Positions 23,313 to 32,478 of a stretch of DNA of 39,691 bases are shown here, piece after piece. The translations under genes and the position numbers were made by a program. The first letter of the stretch is position 1; the number at the start of each line of letters is the position of its first letter. This DNA comes from a virus. The stretch spans positions 1 to 39,691 of the IMG/VR virus record IMGVR_UViG_3300017424_000003; one strand, given 5' to 3'. The notes below the pieces were generated by a model, which did not search any database, had not been told where the DNA came from, and saw nothing but the letters and a program-made list of their open reading frames with translations.

Positions 23313-25730
23313 TTACGCTGCCGTCGCCGTGATGTTGTCGAGCTGACAACCGACCGTTGCGGAAGATGCAGCACTCGACTGACGCCAGCCGATAAGCCCC
23401 GGAGCCGCAAGTGCGGTCTGGGTACCCGCTGCTGGCGAGCCACTGAACACCTGAACCGCAGCGGCCCCGTTGACGCTCACCTTGAGTGTGTGGACCTCCG
23501 ACCCGGCAGCGCCGGTAATGTCCAGCTCATAGTCCAGCGTATCGCCTGCGTTGAACGCCGGAGTGGCGGTCGTCACACCCGCGAAGTTGCTCGCAGTCGA
23601 CGCCACGAAGCTAGCGAGAGTGTGGAAGGAACCGTTAGAACCAGTGCCTGCATAGTAATAGTTTGCAGCATCAACCACGCGATACCGGATATAACAGTTA
23701 CCCGCCTTGGTGTTGACGATGGTCCGCCACTTGATCGTCTGGTTGATCGTCGGGGGCGCATAGCTGAACGTACCCTCACTCGGCACAGTCGTACCAGCCA
23801 GCGCGTTGTTGCGGATTTGGGACACGCCAACCGTCTGTGTAGTCGTATGCCCGCTGTCCGTCGTGTAGCTGGACATCGGCGTGTTATCAGCACCGGTAAA
23901 CGTCGCGTTGAGGCCACCAACGGGCGCAGCGGCAGGCGTGGAGGTTACAACCGTGCTGACAGGCCCGGTTCCGATCGCGTTGACGGCACTGACCCGGAAG
24001 TCATAGGCCGTCGCGTTGGCAAGGCCGGTGACGGTTGCTGTCGTTGCGGTAGACGTGCCATCCGCGAAGGTCAGCCACGTGCTCGACGACGACGCCTTGT
24101 ATTCGACAATGTAGTCCGTGATGGCCGACCGGTTGCTGCTTGGAGCGACCCAGGCAAGCGCGACCTGCCCACTGGACGGCGTTGCGTTAAGCCCCGTGAC
24201 CTGCGCGGGCGCGGTTGGCGCAAGGTTGTTGGCCTTTGCCGTTGCGAGCGCGCTATAATACCTCCCGCCAAAAATGCGCTGGCTCGCCGCATCAAAGTGC
24301 AGGTTATCGCCGCCACTCGTCAGGCCTGTGCTGTCGACGAATGCCGTGAAGGCGACACGGTTGGGCGTGTCAGACAGCGCGGTCGAGATAGCCGTTGTAG
24401 TCTGCGCGCCACCGATAAGCAGCGCGCCTACGATGAAGGGCGAGTTGGTCGCGCCCGTAATGCTGGAGCGCCAGCGAGTGATAAGTGCGTCGAGATCTGC
24501 TGAATACGTGGCCTGTGACGAAGTACGGTCACCCTCGCCCTGGTGCCAGTCCGTCATGATGAACTGGTTGGTGCCACCAGACAGCGCCATTGCAGCGTTC
24601 GCCCGCGCGATGGCCTGCGTGTCGCCGCTTCCGCCCGCACGCCAGAAACCGGTATTGAACGCGGTGTTGCCCATCGCCACAGGCACAAGAAGCACCTTCC
24701 GCCCTGCCGCTAGCTTACCATCAGCGATGTACGCCTTGGCGATCGATAGGCCGGGACCGACCGTATTGGCGCCCTCATCACGGCTATCAAGCGGGTTGGC
24801 TGCAAGCGTGACGGTCTGGGCATCGTAGCCATACTGCATGATCCGGTCGTCGGTCGCATCAAGCGTGCCGTCGATCGGTCCATAACGCCCGACCATATTC
24901 GACTGCCCCGCAAGCAGGATGACATCGTAACCTGCGAAAGCGGTTGCAGCGGACACTGTAACAACCGCGCTAGACGTGCGCGGTGAGCCTATGGCGCCTG
25001 CGAGCGTCTCGGTGATATCCACAGCGCCTGCCGTGGTTGGCGTACCCGTAATGACACCGCCAGCGATCGACAGGCCAGCCGCCCCTGCACCAGAGAGCGC
25101 GATAGAGCTGCCGGACGTGAGTCCAGTGATCGTGCCGCTGTACGACGTGCCAACGGTTGCCACCGATGGCGATACAGTCAGGCTGTTCAAGGTTGGCGTA
25201 GGAGTCGGCGTGGGAGTTGGAGTAGGCGTGACAGTCCCTGCATCAGCAACCGCAACCTGCACAAGCGTTGGGTTCGGGCTGTTGAAATACCCCTCAAGAG
25301 CCTCCGTAAGCGTGATGGCCTTGGATCCTGCCGTCGTGAAAGTACCCGACAATAGCCCGCCAGAGACGTTCAACGTCGTACCATCATCAGCAGTCGCGGT
25401 GATCGTGGAGCCCGGTGTCGCGCCCGCAATGGTCGCGTTGAACATGGTCCCAGCCGTGAATGCCGTGCTGGACAGATAGAGCGCGTTAAGCGAGGGAAGC
25501 GGGTTGCCAGTTGCAGCCTCGACCAAAGCAATCAACCGGGCGTTCTGCGCCGTCAGAGCCTGCACCCGCGCATCGTTGTAGCGCTTGTATTCGTCGAACT
25601 GCTCAGCAGGCGTCGCACCAGCAGTAACCCCGGCACCCGTAACGGACAACGTCCGCCCCTGCCTGGAAACTACGATGCGATCCCCCGGCTGGAGGATATA
25701 GCCATCGGGGTAGGAGTTAATGCGGCTCAT
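23313..25730 (-). CDS. Tail fibre with SGNH/sialate-O-acetylesterase (SASA) domain, Ig-like repeats, Fn3 and C-terminal lectin-like domain
   Basis: LLAGQSNMVG, WHQGEGD and DNLHFD are esterase blocks. A (TP)6 linker is present. Fn3: LAWVAPSSNRSAITDYIVEYK...YDFRVSAVNAIG. Confidence 0.85.
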   Translation of the reverse strand: MSRINSYPDGYILQPGDRIVVSRQGRTLSVTGAGVTAGATPAEQFDEYKRYNDARVQALTAQNARLIALVEAATGNPLPSLNALYLSSTAFTAGTMFNATIAGATPGSTITATADDGTTLNVSGGLLSGTFTTAGSKAITLTEALEGYFNSPNPTLVQVAVADAGTVTPTPTPTPTPTPTLNSLTVSPSVATVGTSYSGTITGLTSGSSIALSGAGAAGLSIAGGVITGTPTTAGAVDITETLAGAIGSPRTSSAVVTVSAATAFAGYDVILLAGQSNMVGRYGPIDGTLDATDDRIMQYGYDAQTVTLAANPLDSRDEGANTVGPGLSIAKAYIADGKLAAGRKVLLVPVAMGNTAFNTGFWRAGGSGDTQAIARANAAMALSGGTNQFIMTDWHQGEGDRTSSQATYSADLDALITRWRSSITGATNSPFIVGALLIGGAQTTTAISTALSDTPNRVAFTAFVDSTGLTSGGDNLHFDAASQRIFGGRYYSALATAKANNLAPTAPAQVTGLNATPSSGQVALAWVAPSSNRSAITDYIVEYKASSSSTWLTFADGTSTATTATVTGLANATAYDFRVSAVNAIGTGPVSTVVTSTPAAAPVGGLNATFTGADNTPMSSYTTDSGHTTTQTVGVSQIRNNALAGTTVPSEGTFSYAPPTINQTIKWRTIVNTKAGNCYIRYRVVDAANYYYAGTGSNGSFHTLASFVASTASNFAGVTTATPAFNAGDTLDYELDITGAAGSEVHTLKVSVNGAAAVQVFSGSPAAGTQTALAAPGLIGWRQSSAASSATVGCQLDNITATAA

Positions 25731-26152
25731 ACGGTAATCCTATAAACTGAAACAGGAATGGTATAGGTCGCACCTAAACCGAGTGCTGGAGTGAAGTACC
25801 CTATGCTAACACTATTAGCTCCAACAGGGTAGGCATTTTGCACTTCGCATCCCGTCGTCGACGTGCCGTTGGGGATGACTACCAGCCTGCCCATGTCAGC
25901 AGTTGTGATGCCTGTTAGCGGCAACGTCATGCGCTTCATACCGAGCGCTAGTGATAGCAGCGTGGTTTCTGTGACGGTGACGTTGCCGACTAGGGTCAGG
26001 CGCCCGTTAGTTGGCGCCGCGGCGGGGATCGTCGGTTTGTCAGTTAGGTCGTTGTAAGAGTGCGTATGAGCCGCTGGCGGGAATGTGTCGGGTTTTCCAG
26101 CAAGGCTCGACCATGTTGCCCTAGGTGGCTGTGCAGGCGCCCTAACAGCCAT
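25727..26152 (-). CDS. Small tail-fibre-like protein
   Basis: The N-terminal motif WSSLAGKPDTFPPAAHTHSYNDLTDKP is typical of phage fibre proteins. Confidence 0.65.
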   Translation of the reverse strand: MAVRAPAQPPRATWSSLAGKPDTFPPAAHTHSYNDLTDKPTIPAAAPTNGRLTLVGNVTVTETTLLSLALGMKRMTLPLTGITTADMGRLVVIPNGTSTTGCEVQNAYPVGANSVSIGYFTPALGLGATYTIPVSVYRITV

Positions 26153-26514
26153 TACGCGCCCGATCCGTAAATCATCACCAGCCGATTCCTGCCGGTGAGC
26201 CCAGAGATAGGCGCCAACGGCTCGTCATCGGCAACAGCGGCAATCCACTGAGGCATCTGAGTGCGGTTCACCTCGACCATTCCAGGCGCGATGTAGTGCC
26301 CCTTCTCCTTGATCGTAGGCATATCGCCCGCGTTGCCAGTCCAGCCCGCATACCAGACCCAGCAGTTGGTCGGGTTGTACATCTTGAACGTGGTAACGCC
26401 CTTGCCGTTCATCGACGGCACAGGAACCGCTACAGGAGCCGTCCCAACCGGGATAAGAACAGGTTCCACCGACAAATTACGGCGGAACGGCTGAAGCATC
26501 GTGTCGTTCGGCAT
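26152..26514 (-). CDS. Hypothetical structural protein
   Basis: 120-aa ORF, TAATG-type coupling. Confidence 0.6.
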   Translation of the reverse strand: MPNDTMLQPFRRNLSVEPVLIPVGTAPVAVPVPSMNGKGVTTFKMYNPTNCWVWYAGWTGNAGDMPTIKEKGHYIAPGMVEVNRTQMPQWIAAVADDEPLAPISGLTGRNRLVMIYGSGA

Positions 26515-26807
26515 TACTGCTTCACCCAGCCGCTATCGGAAGTCTGCACGCCGCCAGAATATGCACTGGAACGAACCCACGTATTCGTGCCGTCTGTAAC
26601 GGTATCCGTCAGCAGATTGCCCGACGTGTCATAAGAATAGGTGTGCGCCTTGTACGTCGGAACAGGGTTGCCATTCGTATCAAGATCGGTTCCGCCACCA
26701 CTGCCGCCGCTCTGATTAGCACCGGCCAGAATCGTCGTAGGATTGCCCAGCACATCAGTGATATAAACCGGCTGTGACTGACCGTTAAGCGATGCACCCT
26801 GCGCCAT
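26514..26807 (-). CDS. Hypothetical structural protein
   Basis: 97-aa ORF, Gly/Thr-rich. Confidence 0.6.
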   Translation of the reverse strand: MAQGASLNGQSQPVYITDVLGNPTTILAGANQSGGSGGGTDLDTNGNPVPTYKAHTYSYDTSGNLLTDTVTDGTNTWVRSSAYSGGVQTSDSGWVKQ

Positions 26808-27511
26808 CAGTAATATACTCCTACTGTTTCACTACGCTCCATACCAAAGCGCGTTACCAGAGAAGTCTTGAAACGCATAGACGCGACCGCCGTTGCTTCT
26901 GGAATATCAGAGCCAAACTGGTCCGATATTTCCACAGCTAGACACGATGCCAACCCATTCAGATCGGCATACGAACGGGGCGCTTCATCATCCAGCGTCA
27001 GCCCGTCGATCGTCTGCCACTTCTTCACCGTGCCATCGTAGAGGTACGTCTGGGTGCGGCCCATGCACATATCGGTGATCGTAATAGCCGAACCATCACG
27101 CGGCGGCTTTATGCACCCCTGATTACGTGGCTGGCGGACCGGATCGGCTAAAATCTCATTGCCGTAGTCGTCCTGGATTGGTGCGCCCGTGTCATCCCAG
27201 ATCGGATCCCACACCAGCGAATTAGTCCCGAAGTCATGCCGCCAGCAGCCATCAACCGAGATTTGCGGGAGGCTCACAAAGCAGGCGTCTTCACTCTCAC
27301 GGATAACGCGCTCATTCGGGCGAGCGCAGTAATCCTCTGTAATAACCACGTCAACGAGCCGCCCCGATGCGCCTGAGGCTATCCACCCCAGATACATCGA
27401 GCGCAGCGCGTTGAGCGTGTCCACCATGTCGGTGGGGCGCGCATCCCTTCCAGACCCAACAACGCCCAGTTTACGCAGGGCGAGGTTACAGACGATGCGC
27501 GCCAATGCCAC
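26807..27511 (-). CDS. P22 gp4-like head-to-tail adaptor
   Basis: The N-terminus IVCNLALRKLGVVGSG...DMVDTLNALRSMYLGW parallels P22 gp4 LVRAALRKLGVASD...AVDDLEAMMAEW. GTG start. Confidence 0.75.
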   Translation of the reverse strand: MALARIVCNLALRKLGVVGSGRDARPTDMVDTLNALRSMYLGWIASGASGRLVDVVITEDYCARPNERVIRESEDACFVSLPQISVDGCWRHDFGTNSLVWDPIWDDTGAPIQDDYGNEILADPVRQPRNQGCIKPPRDGSAITITDMCMGRTQTYLYDGTVKKWQTIDGLTLDDEAPRSYADLNGLASCLAVEISDQFGSDIPEATAVASMRFKTSLVTRFGMERSETVGVYY

Positions 27512-27512
27512 C

Positions 27513-27851
27513 TTACTTGGTCGCGTCTACGAGCTTGCCACGCAGGGTCTCAAGCGAAGGATTACCCTGCACCGTGATACCATACGTGCGAAGCTCAGCC
27601 TTGATAGCAGCCTTCTCGGTGCCCTCTTCGGCACGTTCGCGCTGCTCATCGTCGGTAGGCTCATCGGCCTGCGCGACATTAGCCTTCTCGTTATCGACAG
27701 CGAACGTCGGGTTGTCGTGGATCGCATCGTACATCGCGTGGCCCTTGGGGACAGTCACCGACTGCCCCTTTACGAAGACAAGATCCCCCATGCGGACGAT
27801 CTGCGAGGCTGGATCTTCGTCACCCAGCCACACCGCCTTGAACCCACTCAT
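27513..27851 (-). CDS. Head-associated protein with C-terminal HeH/SAP-like motif
   Basis: 112 aa. The C-terminus is AAIKAELRTYGITVQGNPSLETLRGKL. Confidence 0.65.
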   Translation of the reverse strand: MSGFKAVWLGDEDPASQIVRMGDLVFVKGQSVTVPKGHAMYDAIHDNPTFAVDNEKANVAQADEPTDDEQRERAEEGTEKAAIKAELRTYGITVQGNPSLETLRGKLVDATK

Positions 27852-28282
27852 GCGGGGTTCTCGATGACGCCGTTCAGTTCGGCGGTGATCGAACCCGTTG
27901 CGTTCGTGGTGGCGCCACGCACCGTCAGGATGATATTGGTGAACGCCGTGTTGTTGAAATTACGGCCCTTGACGTCAAGGACTGCAACCTGACCCGCTGC
28001 CGCTGCCGACGTGGCACCGAAATAACGGGTCGAGTCGGCTGCATCACCAAGTTCAACCGTGACACCTGCGCCAAGAGCGTCCCACTTCATGAAGCCGCCC
28101 TTGACGAGGAAGTTGCGGTGGACACGGAACATGAGAACCGTGTCATTGACCGCGATGGCGCCCGCCGACTGTGCGCCGAGCGTGAACGTACCAGAAGCGA
28201 CCTGAAGGCCGCGGCCGTCACCCGTCGGACCCGAAACCGGATACGTGGGTGCGGTCATCTGAAGCGATCGAAACTGAGCCAT
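27848..28282 (-). CDS. Putative head decoration / cement protein
   Basis: 144 aa, immediately downstream of the major capsid gene. Confidence 0.65.
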   Translation of the reverse strand: MAQFRSLQMTAPTYPVSGPTGDGRGLQVASGTFTLGAQSAGAIAVNDTVLMFRVHRNFLVKGGFMKWDALGAGVTVELGDAADSTRYFGATSAAAAGQVAVLDVKGRNFNNTAFTNIILTVRGATTNATGSITAELNGVIENPA

Positions 28283-28295
28283 TATCTAATGCTCC

Positions 28296-29456
28296 TTATG
28301 CGAGGGCCGGAACGGCGGTTACCGAGGTGACGATGCCGTACTGGACGCCGCCGTAGCTGGTCTTCTTGACGCCGCGCAGCTCTTCGATTGCGACGGCAGG
28401 ACGGAAGCCATAATCTTCCGTGTAGTCGGTGCGTGGCTGCGGAGTCTGGCCGATGCCAACCGCGATAGCCGACTGACCGCACAGGAAGCCCATCGCGAGA
28501 TCCGTACCGCCCGAACCAGCACCCGGAAGCAGAAGCTGATCAAGCTCGGGAACTTCGCGAATGATGACCCCGAGGTACATCAGATCGCCGTCCTGGAACA
28601 GCGGGTTGCTGTCCACGCCACCAGCTTCACGCGGGCGCGATGCGGTGTTGATGCTGACGATCGTAGCGTCCTGCGAGAGAAGGCCGAACTCACGGCTACC
28701 CACGAAGTATACGTACCACTCGCGCCCTGCCGTCATGTCGGCACGGAACGGACGAATGTTGGTCGTCATGCCGGTCGGGCCGACAGGAGCGCCGCCAGCA
28801 TTCTTGGCGATGGTCTTCAGCAGGCGGATATGCGCTGCCGACGACTGACCGCTTGCCTGCGACACCGTACCCAGCGACGTTGCCCAGTTGCCCGACGCCG
28901 TGTTGGCGCGTGCGTTACCGAACACGATACGGTCGCTATTGTTGACGAGGTAGGCATTGCGCTGTGCTGCCGTAGAGAAGCCGTAGAGAACGGTCTGATC
29001 GGTGCCGGGAAGGCCCTGATTATCGAGCGCGCCGGGGATGACCACCGATGCAAACTCGTTAATCACATCATCGCGCAGGCTCTCGGTGCACCAGTCGCGA
29101 AGCTGCGGCTTGGCTTCCGAAAGCAGGTTGATTTCCGTGCGAAGCTGCGTCGACTTCGGAACCTTGACGGCGTTACGACGCCAATCGACCGTGACCGCCG
29201 TATTGAACAGGCCCAGATCGGTTTCGTTGCCCTTCAGGATTTCCGAGCCACGAACGCCGCGACCCTTGATGCGGGTGATCATCGGAAAGTTGATCGTATC
29301 CCCGCCCTTGTCCTTGAACTCATTCATCATACGGATGATGCTGGTGTTCTCGGTGCCCATGTAGGGGAAAAGGGCATTTGCACGGATGTATTCGCGCGTA
29401 AGAGTCTCGCTCCACTTCTGGACTGCGAGCGCGCCTGCAAGAACGACTTCTGCCAT
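28296..29456 (-). CDS. Major capsid protein, N4-gp56 family type
   Basis: AVQKWSETL...FPYMGTENTSIIRMMNEFKDKGGDTINFPMITRIKGRGVRGSEILKGNET matches the N-terminal pattern of the N4 gp56 family. Confidence 0.9.
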   Translation of the reverse strand: MAEVVLAGALAVQKWSETLTREYIRANALFPYMGTENTSIIRMMNEFKDKGGDTINFPMITRIKGRGVRGSEILKGNETDLGLFNTAVTVDWRRNAVKVPKSTQLRTEINLLSEAKPQLRDWCTESLRDDVINEFASVVIPGALDNQGLPGTDQTVLYGFSTAAQRNAYLVNNSDRIVFGNARANTASGNWATSLGTVSQASGQSSAAHIRLLKTIAKNAGGAPVGPTGMTTNIRPFRADMTAGREWYVYFVGSREFGLLSQDATIVSINTASRPREAGGVDSNPLFQDGDLMYLGVIIREVPELDQLLLPGAGSGGTDLAMGFLCGQSAIAVGIGQTPQPRTDYTEDYGFRPAVAIEELRGVKKTSYGGVQYGIVTSVTAVPALA

Positions 29457-29462
29457 GGTAGG

Positions 29463-30218
29463 CTACCTTTGAAAGATAGCGCTAAAGTCTGCCGGTGCTG
29501 CTGGCTCCTTGGCGCTGATCGGGCTTGAATCCGATGCGATGGAACGTGGCGGCATGGCGGTCTTTGGCGCCGGTTGTAACGTGGCCGCGACAGGCGCGAC
29601 CGCTGCGGGTGCGGTAAGGCCACGTTTCGCAATCTCCCGTTCGATCAGCTCGTCGAGCGAGCTAACGTCGGTGGGCAACTGCGAATAGAGGCCGTTCCGC
29701 TTGTGCTGCTGGACGATCCAGTCAAAAGGCATAGCCTGCATCGGCATTTCAGCTTCAAGCATTGCGCGGAAACCCGGATCCTTTTGCGCCTTCTCAAGCG
29801 CCCAGTTCCTTGCTTCCTCAACACCATCCTTGCCGTACTTTTCAACGGCCCAGTGGTGGCTCAATTCCATCTTCTGCTGCTGCAAAGCCTGCTGAAGATG
29901 CTGCTGCTGAAAGGCCAGGTAGCCTTCGGGATCGTCATAGGCGTCAGGGATGGCCTGCGGAGCGCTCTGCTGTGCCTGCTCAAGTCGGGCGGCTCGCTCT
30001 TCAGCAGCCTTCCGCTTGTCACGCTCATCCATCATAGCCGCAAGGGGGACGTATCCCGGCTTAGGCTCTTCAGGTGCACGCTCAGTCTGGACTTCGGGTG
30101 TTACCGGCTCGGGCGCTGGTGCCTCTGCTTCAGGTTCCGCAACTGGTATGGGCGTCTCGACTACTTCGGCGTCCTGCGCCTCGTTTTCGGGGAATGCCTG
30201 ATCCAGAAAGTCCGCCAT
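29463..30218 (-). CDS. Scaffolding protein
   Basis: 251 aa, acidic and helical, Ala/Glu/Gln/Pro-rich. Lies between the portal and capsid genes. Confidence 0.75.
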   Translation of the reverse strand: MADFLDQAFPENEAQDAEVVETPIPVAEPEAEAPAPEPVTPEVQTERAPEEPKPGYVPLAAMMDERDKRKAAEERAARLEQAQQSAPQAIPDAYDDPEGYLAFQQQHLQQALQQQKMELSHHWAVEKYGKDGVEEARNWALEKAQKDPGFRAMLEAEMPMQAMPFDWIVQQHKRNGLYSQLPTDVSSLDELIEREIAKRGLTAPAAVAPVAATLQPAPKTAMPPRSIASDSSPISAKEPAAPADFSAIFQR

Positions 30219-30341
30219 TATGACTCCTACTCGGTCGTCTCGTGACCGACATACGCAGCGCCCGGTACAGCGGCGGCCTGTGCAGTGTTACGGTCTGCCA
30301 ACCTATCGCCCTTAACCCATGGCGGCGGGTATTGTGGTATC

Positions 30342-30370
30342 TAAATACCCGTTAATAGGGTTGCTTGCAA
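30342..30370 (-). promoter_or_regulatory. Candidate promoter upstream of the scaffold/capsid genes
   Basis: Minus strand reads TTGCAA (30370-30365), 17 nt, TATTTA (30347-30342). Confidence 0.5.
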
Positions 30371-30392
30371 TAGGTCTTTGTGGTTACTTAAT

Positions 30393-30474
30393 GGTGCTGC
30401 GGGTGCCGATGGGCCCTGCCGATACCCACCAGATCGACGTTGTTCCGTAATTGATCGGAAGCGCCCGCAGCACC
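30393..30474 (-). other. 82-nt structured element with 11-bp closing inverted repeat, directly after the portal stop
   Basis: GGTGCTGCGGG (30393-30403) pairs with CCCGCAGCACC (30464-30474). An internal hairpin is TTCCGtaattgatCGGAA, and TGCCGAT occurs as a direct repeat either side of GGGCCC. Confidence 0.6.
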
Positions 30475-32439
30475 CTAATCCATCAACGCCGCTATCGGAT
30501 TAAGCCCCAACCCCGCATACAACTCAGCCTGTGCAGTATCCGCATCGGCAGCCGTCTTATGCGCGCCTGCCACGGTTGCCAGCGTCTGAGCCTGCTTATG
30601 CTCGACCTCCACAGCCTCCAGCGCCTCACCCTTGGCCTGCTTGGCCTCAAGCGCCTGCGTCAACTGCTGGACCTGCTGGGTTAGCTGCTGGACCTGCGAC
30701 TGCTCGCGTTCCTGCGTGAACTTGTCCAACTTCTCAATGATGCGGGTCTTGTCGTCCAGCGGGCTAATCTCAAGCATCAGCTTGAACTCAGGCGTGGAGA
30801 CAGCGGCCAGACCGCCAGCGTTAGTCACCAGCGAAGTCAACTCCGCCCAAACCTCCTGCTGAAGGTTAGCTGTGTCTGGCGTCGTATCGAGAATGATATC
30901 AACCTGCATCTCAGCAAGCCGGTTCTTATAGCCAACGATACCCTGCGCCATCTGAACCATAGGCTGTCCGGTCATCGGATCCATGGCAGGCTGACCCGTG
31001 GCAGGATCCACCATCATCTGCGGAACCATGCCCATCTCAGGCTCATTCACCTGCAAGAACTGCATCGCCTTTGGATCGTCGGTAGTGCGGACAAACCACG
31101 GCTCATTCTTGAACTGGCGCGCGCGGTCCCACATAGCCCGGTAGCAATCCAGTTCCCACGATGTCAGGCGTGCGAGCGGACGTGCAAGCTCGGTCAACCC
31201 GGCCTGTTGCGATACCAGCCGCGCACGCCCGGACTGCGACGCACCATCCTGCCGACCAAGCACAGCAGGCGTCGGCCCCATACGCTCGATTTCGTTCTTG
31301 GCCTCCTGCATCCGCATCAGGTTGGCGCTGGACTGCTCCGCCGTCGAAACGATTGCCCAGCCAGCCGGAATAACGCCGTCAGCCTTAGCGGCCTCCATGC
31401 GCGCGATGTCCTGATCGACAGGCGGTGCGGACGGATCGGTCTGCTGTACCTGACGACTGTTCATCAGATGCAGCGAGCGCGATCGGCTTGCGTTAACCTC
31501 GTCCTGGATCGGTATCATGTCCTGGATAGGGCCGTACCGCCAGTTCTTCGCGTCAACGTAGCAGCTAACCGCCTTGATCGGGTTGTCAGGCCGCTGCTTG
31601 TCATCGAGATACGGCGACGGACCATATTCCAGCACGCCAGATGCGATGTAGACGATGCGCTTCCACTCGCCGTCGATTACACGATATTCTTCGACCACCA
31701 GCACGCGACGGCGACGGGTATTGATCCAGCCCGCGCCCTCGTCACCCGTGTCCTCGAACTTGTCCGACCCGAATATGCCGACGCCATCGGGCTTCAGCGG
31801 GTCACCTAGTTCATCGATCCTCGCACGCCACTTCTCCATGACCTGTTCGGCGTCCATCCACTTCGCCATGCCCATATATCGAGCGTCGGCAAAGTCGTTA
31901 CGACGGCTGTAGCGGTCTGCGTAGAACTCCTTCCACCGGATCTGCGTGGCAACGATCCTGTCGTCGTCCATCTCGATAATGACGGCGCCCGTGCCTTCCA
32001 CCAGGAACGACTCTGCGACCTCCATTTTCACATCGCCAAAGTCGCAATCGTCTGCAACGTAGCGCAGAACCTTGCTGGCAACGTCCGCGCTGTCCTGGTC
32101 GTCTGGGTTGCGTGGATATGCCTGCGGGTCGCTACGTGCCGCCTCCAACACGCCCAGGATGCCGTTGATGGCTGGGCGGATGCGGTTGGTGTAGATCGCG
32201 GGCTGGTTGCGCGTCTTGAGCGTTGCGCGGACCTCGCTCGACAACTGACCCGGCCCGTCGAAATAATCCCGCGCTTTCTGGTTGCGCTGCGACATGCCAC
32301 CGTCTTCAGCCGCGCGCGCATCGTCGAAACCCTGACGCAACCGTTCGATACTAGGCGGTGTGCCCTTAATGTATTCGGGCAGGGTCTCGGTCACGCCAGT
32401 TAGCGCAATGCCGTCTTTGTTGTCGTCATCAAGGATCAT
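30475..32439 (-). CDS. Portal protein
   Basis: 654 aa, between TerL and the scaffold gene. The acidic/Gln-rich C-terminal coiled coil is typical of podovirus portals. Confidence 0.85.
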   Translation of the reverse strand: MILDDDNKDGIALTGVTETLPEYIKGTPPSIERLRQGFDDARAAEDGGMSQRNQKARDYFDGPGQLSSEVRATLKTRNQPAIYTNRIRPAINGILGVLEAARSDPQAYPRNPDDQDSADVASKVLRYVADDCDFGDVKMEVAESFLVEGTGAVIIEMDDDRIVATQIRWKEFYADRYSRRNDFADARYMGMAKWMDAEQVMEKWRARIDELGDPLKPDGVGIFGSDKFEDTGDEGAGWINTRRRRVLVVEEYRVIDGEWKRIVYIASGVLEYGPSPYLDDKQRPDNPIKAVSCYVDAKNWRYGPIQDMIPIQDEVNASRSRSLHLMNSRQVQQTDPSAPPVDQDIARMEAAKADGVIPAGWAIVSTAEQSSANLMRMQEAKNEIERMGPTPAVLGRQDGASQSGRARLVSQQAGLTELARPLARLTSWELDCYRAMWDRARQFKNEPWFVRTTDDPKAMQFLQVNEPEMGMVPQMMVDPATGQPAMDPMTGQPMVQMAQGIVGYKNRLAEMQVDIILDTTPDTANLQQEVWAELTSLVTNAGGLAAVSTPEFKLMLEISPLDDKTRIIEKLDKFTQEREQSQVQQLTQQVQQLTQALEAKQAKGEALEAVEVEHKQAQTLATVAGAHKTAADADTAQAELYAGLGLNPIAALMD

Positions 32440-32478
32440 GCGAGCGCTCCGGGCGGGTATTCTGGTACCTTTAGCACA

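Noticed and set aside
22135-23443. N-terminal extensions in the ORF track (for example 22139..23443, 20806..22275, 7089..7418, 37228..37638, 37945..38367, 8872..10227)
   Set aside because: The extensions overlap upstream genes or intergenic promoters and translate to Arg/Ser-rich junk. Internal ATGs with an SD or ATGA/TAATG coupling give sensible N-termini, so I trimmed them.
23490-24503. 337-aa plus-strand ORF, with similar long plus-strand ORFs at 5361-6272, 29703-30245, 30451-30684 and 39051-39632
   Set aside because: They lie antisense to well-supported minus-strand genes. They are Arg/Cys/Pro-rich nonsense typical of shadow ORFs in high-GC DNA, and they have no SD or coupling.
25195-25236. 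Possible DNA tandem repeat behind the TPTPTPTPTPTPT linker
   Set aside because: The codons are varied (ggcgta ggagtc ggcgtg ggagtt...). This is a peptide-level repeat, not a slippery DNA repeat.
23313-25730. Diversity-generating retroelement targeting the fibre C-terminus (as in BPP-1-type phages)
   Set aside because: No reverse transcriptase ORF exists anywhere in the genome, and I noticed no template/variable repeat pair.
30393-30474. Possible tRNA (82 nt with a closing stem)
   Set aside because: The closing stem is 11 bp rather than 7. There are no D-arm or GTTCRANYC T-loop features, and the only 5-bp arm has an 8-nt loop. It is not a cloverleaf.
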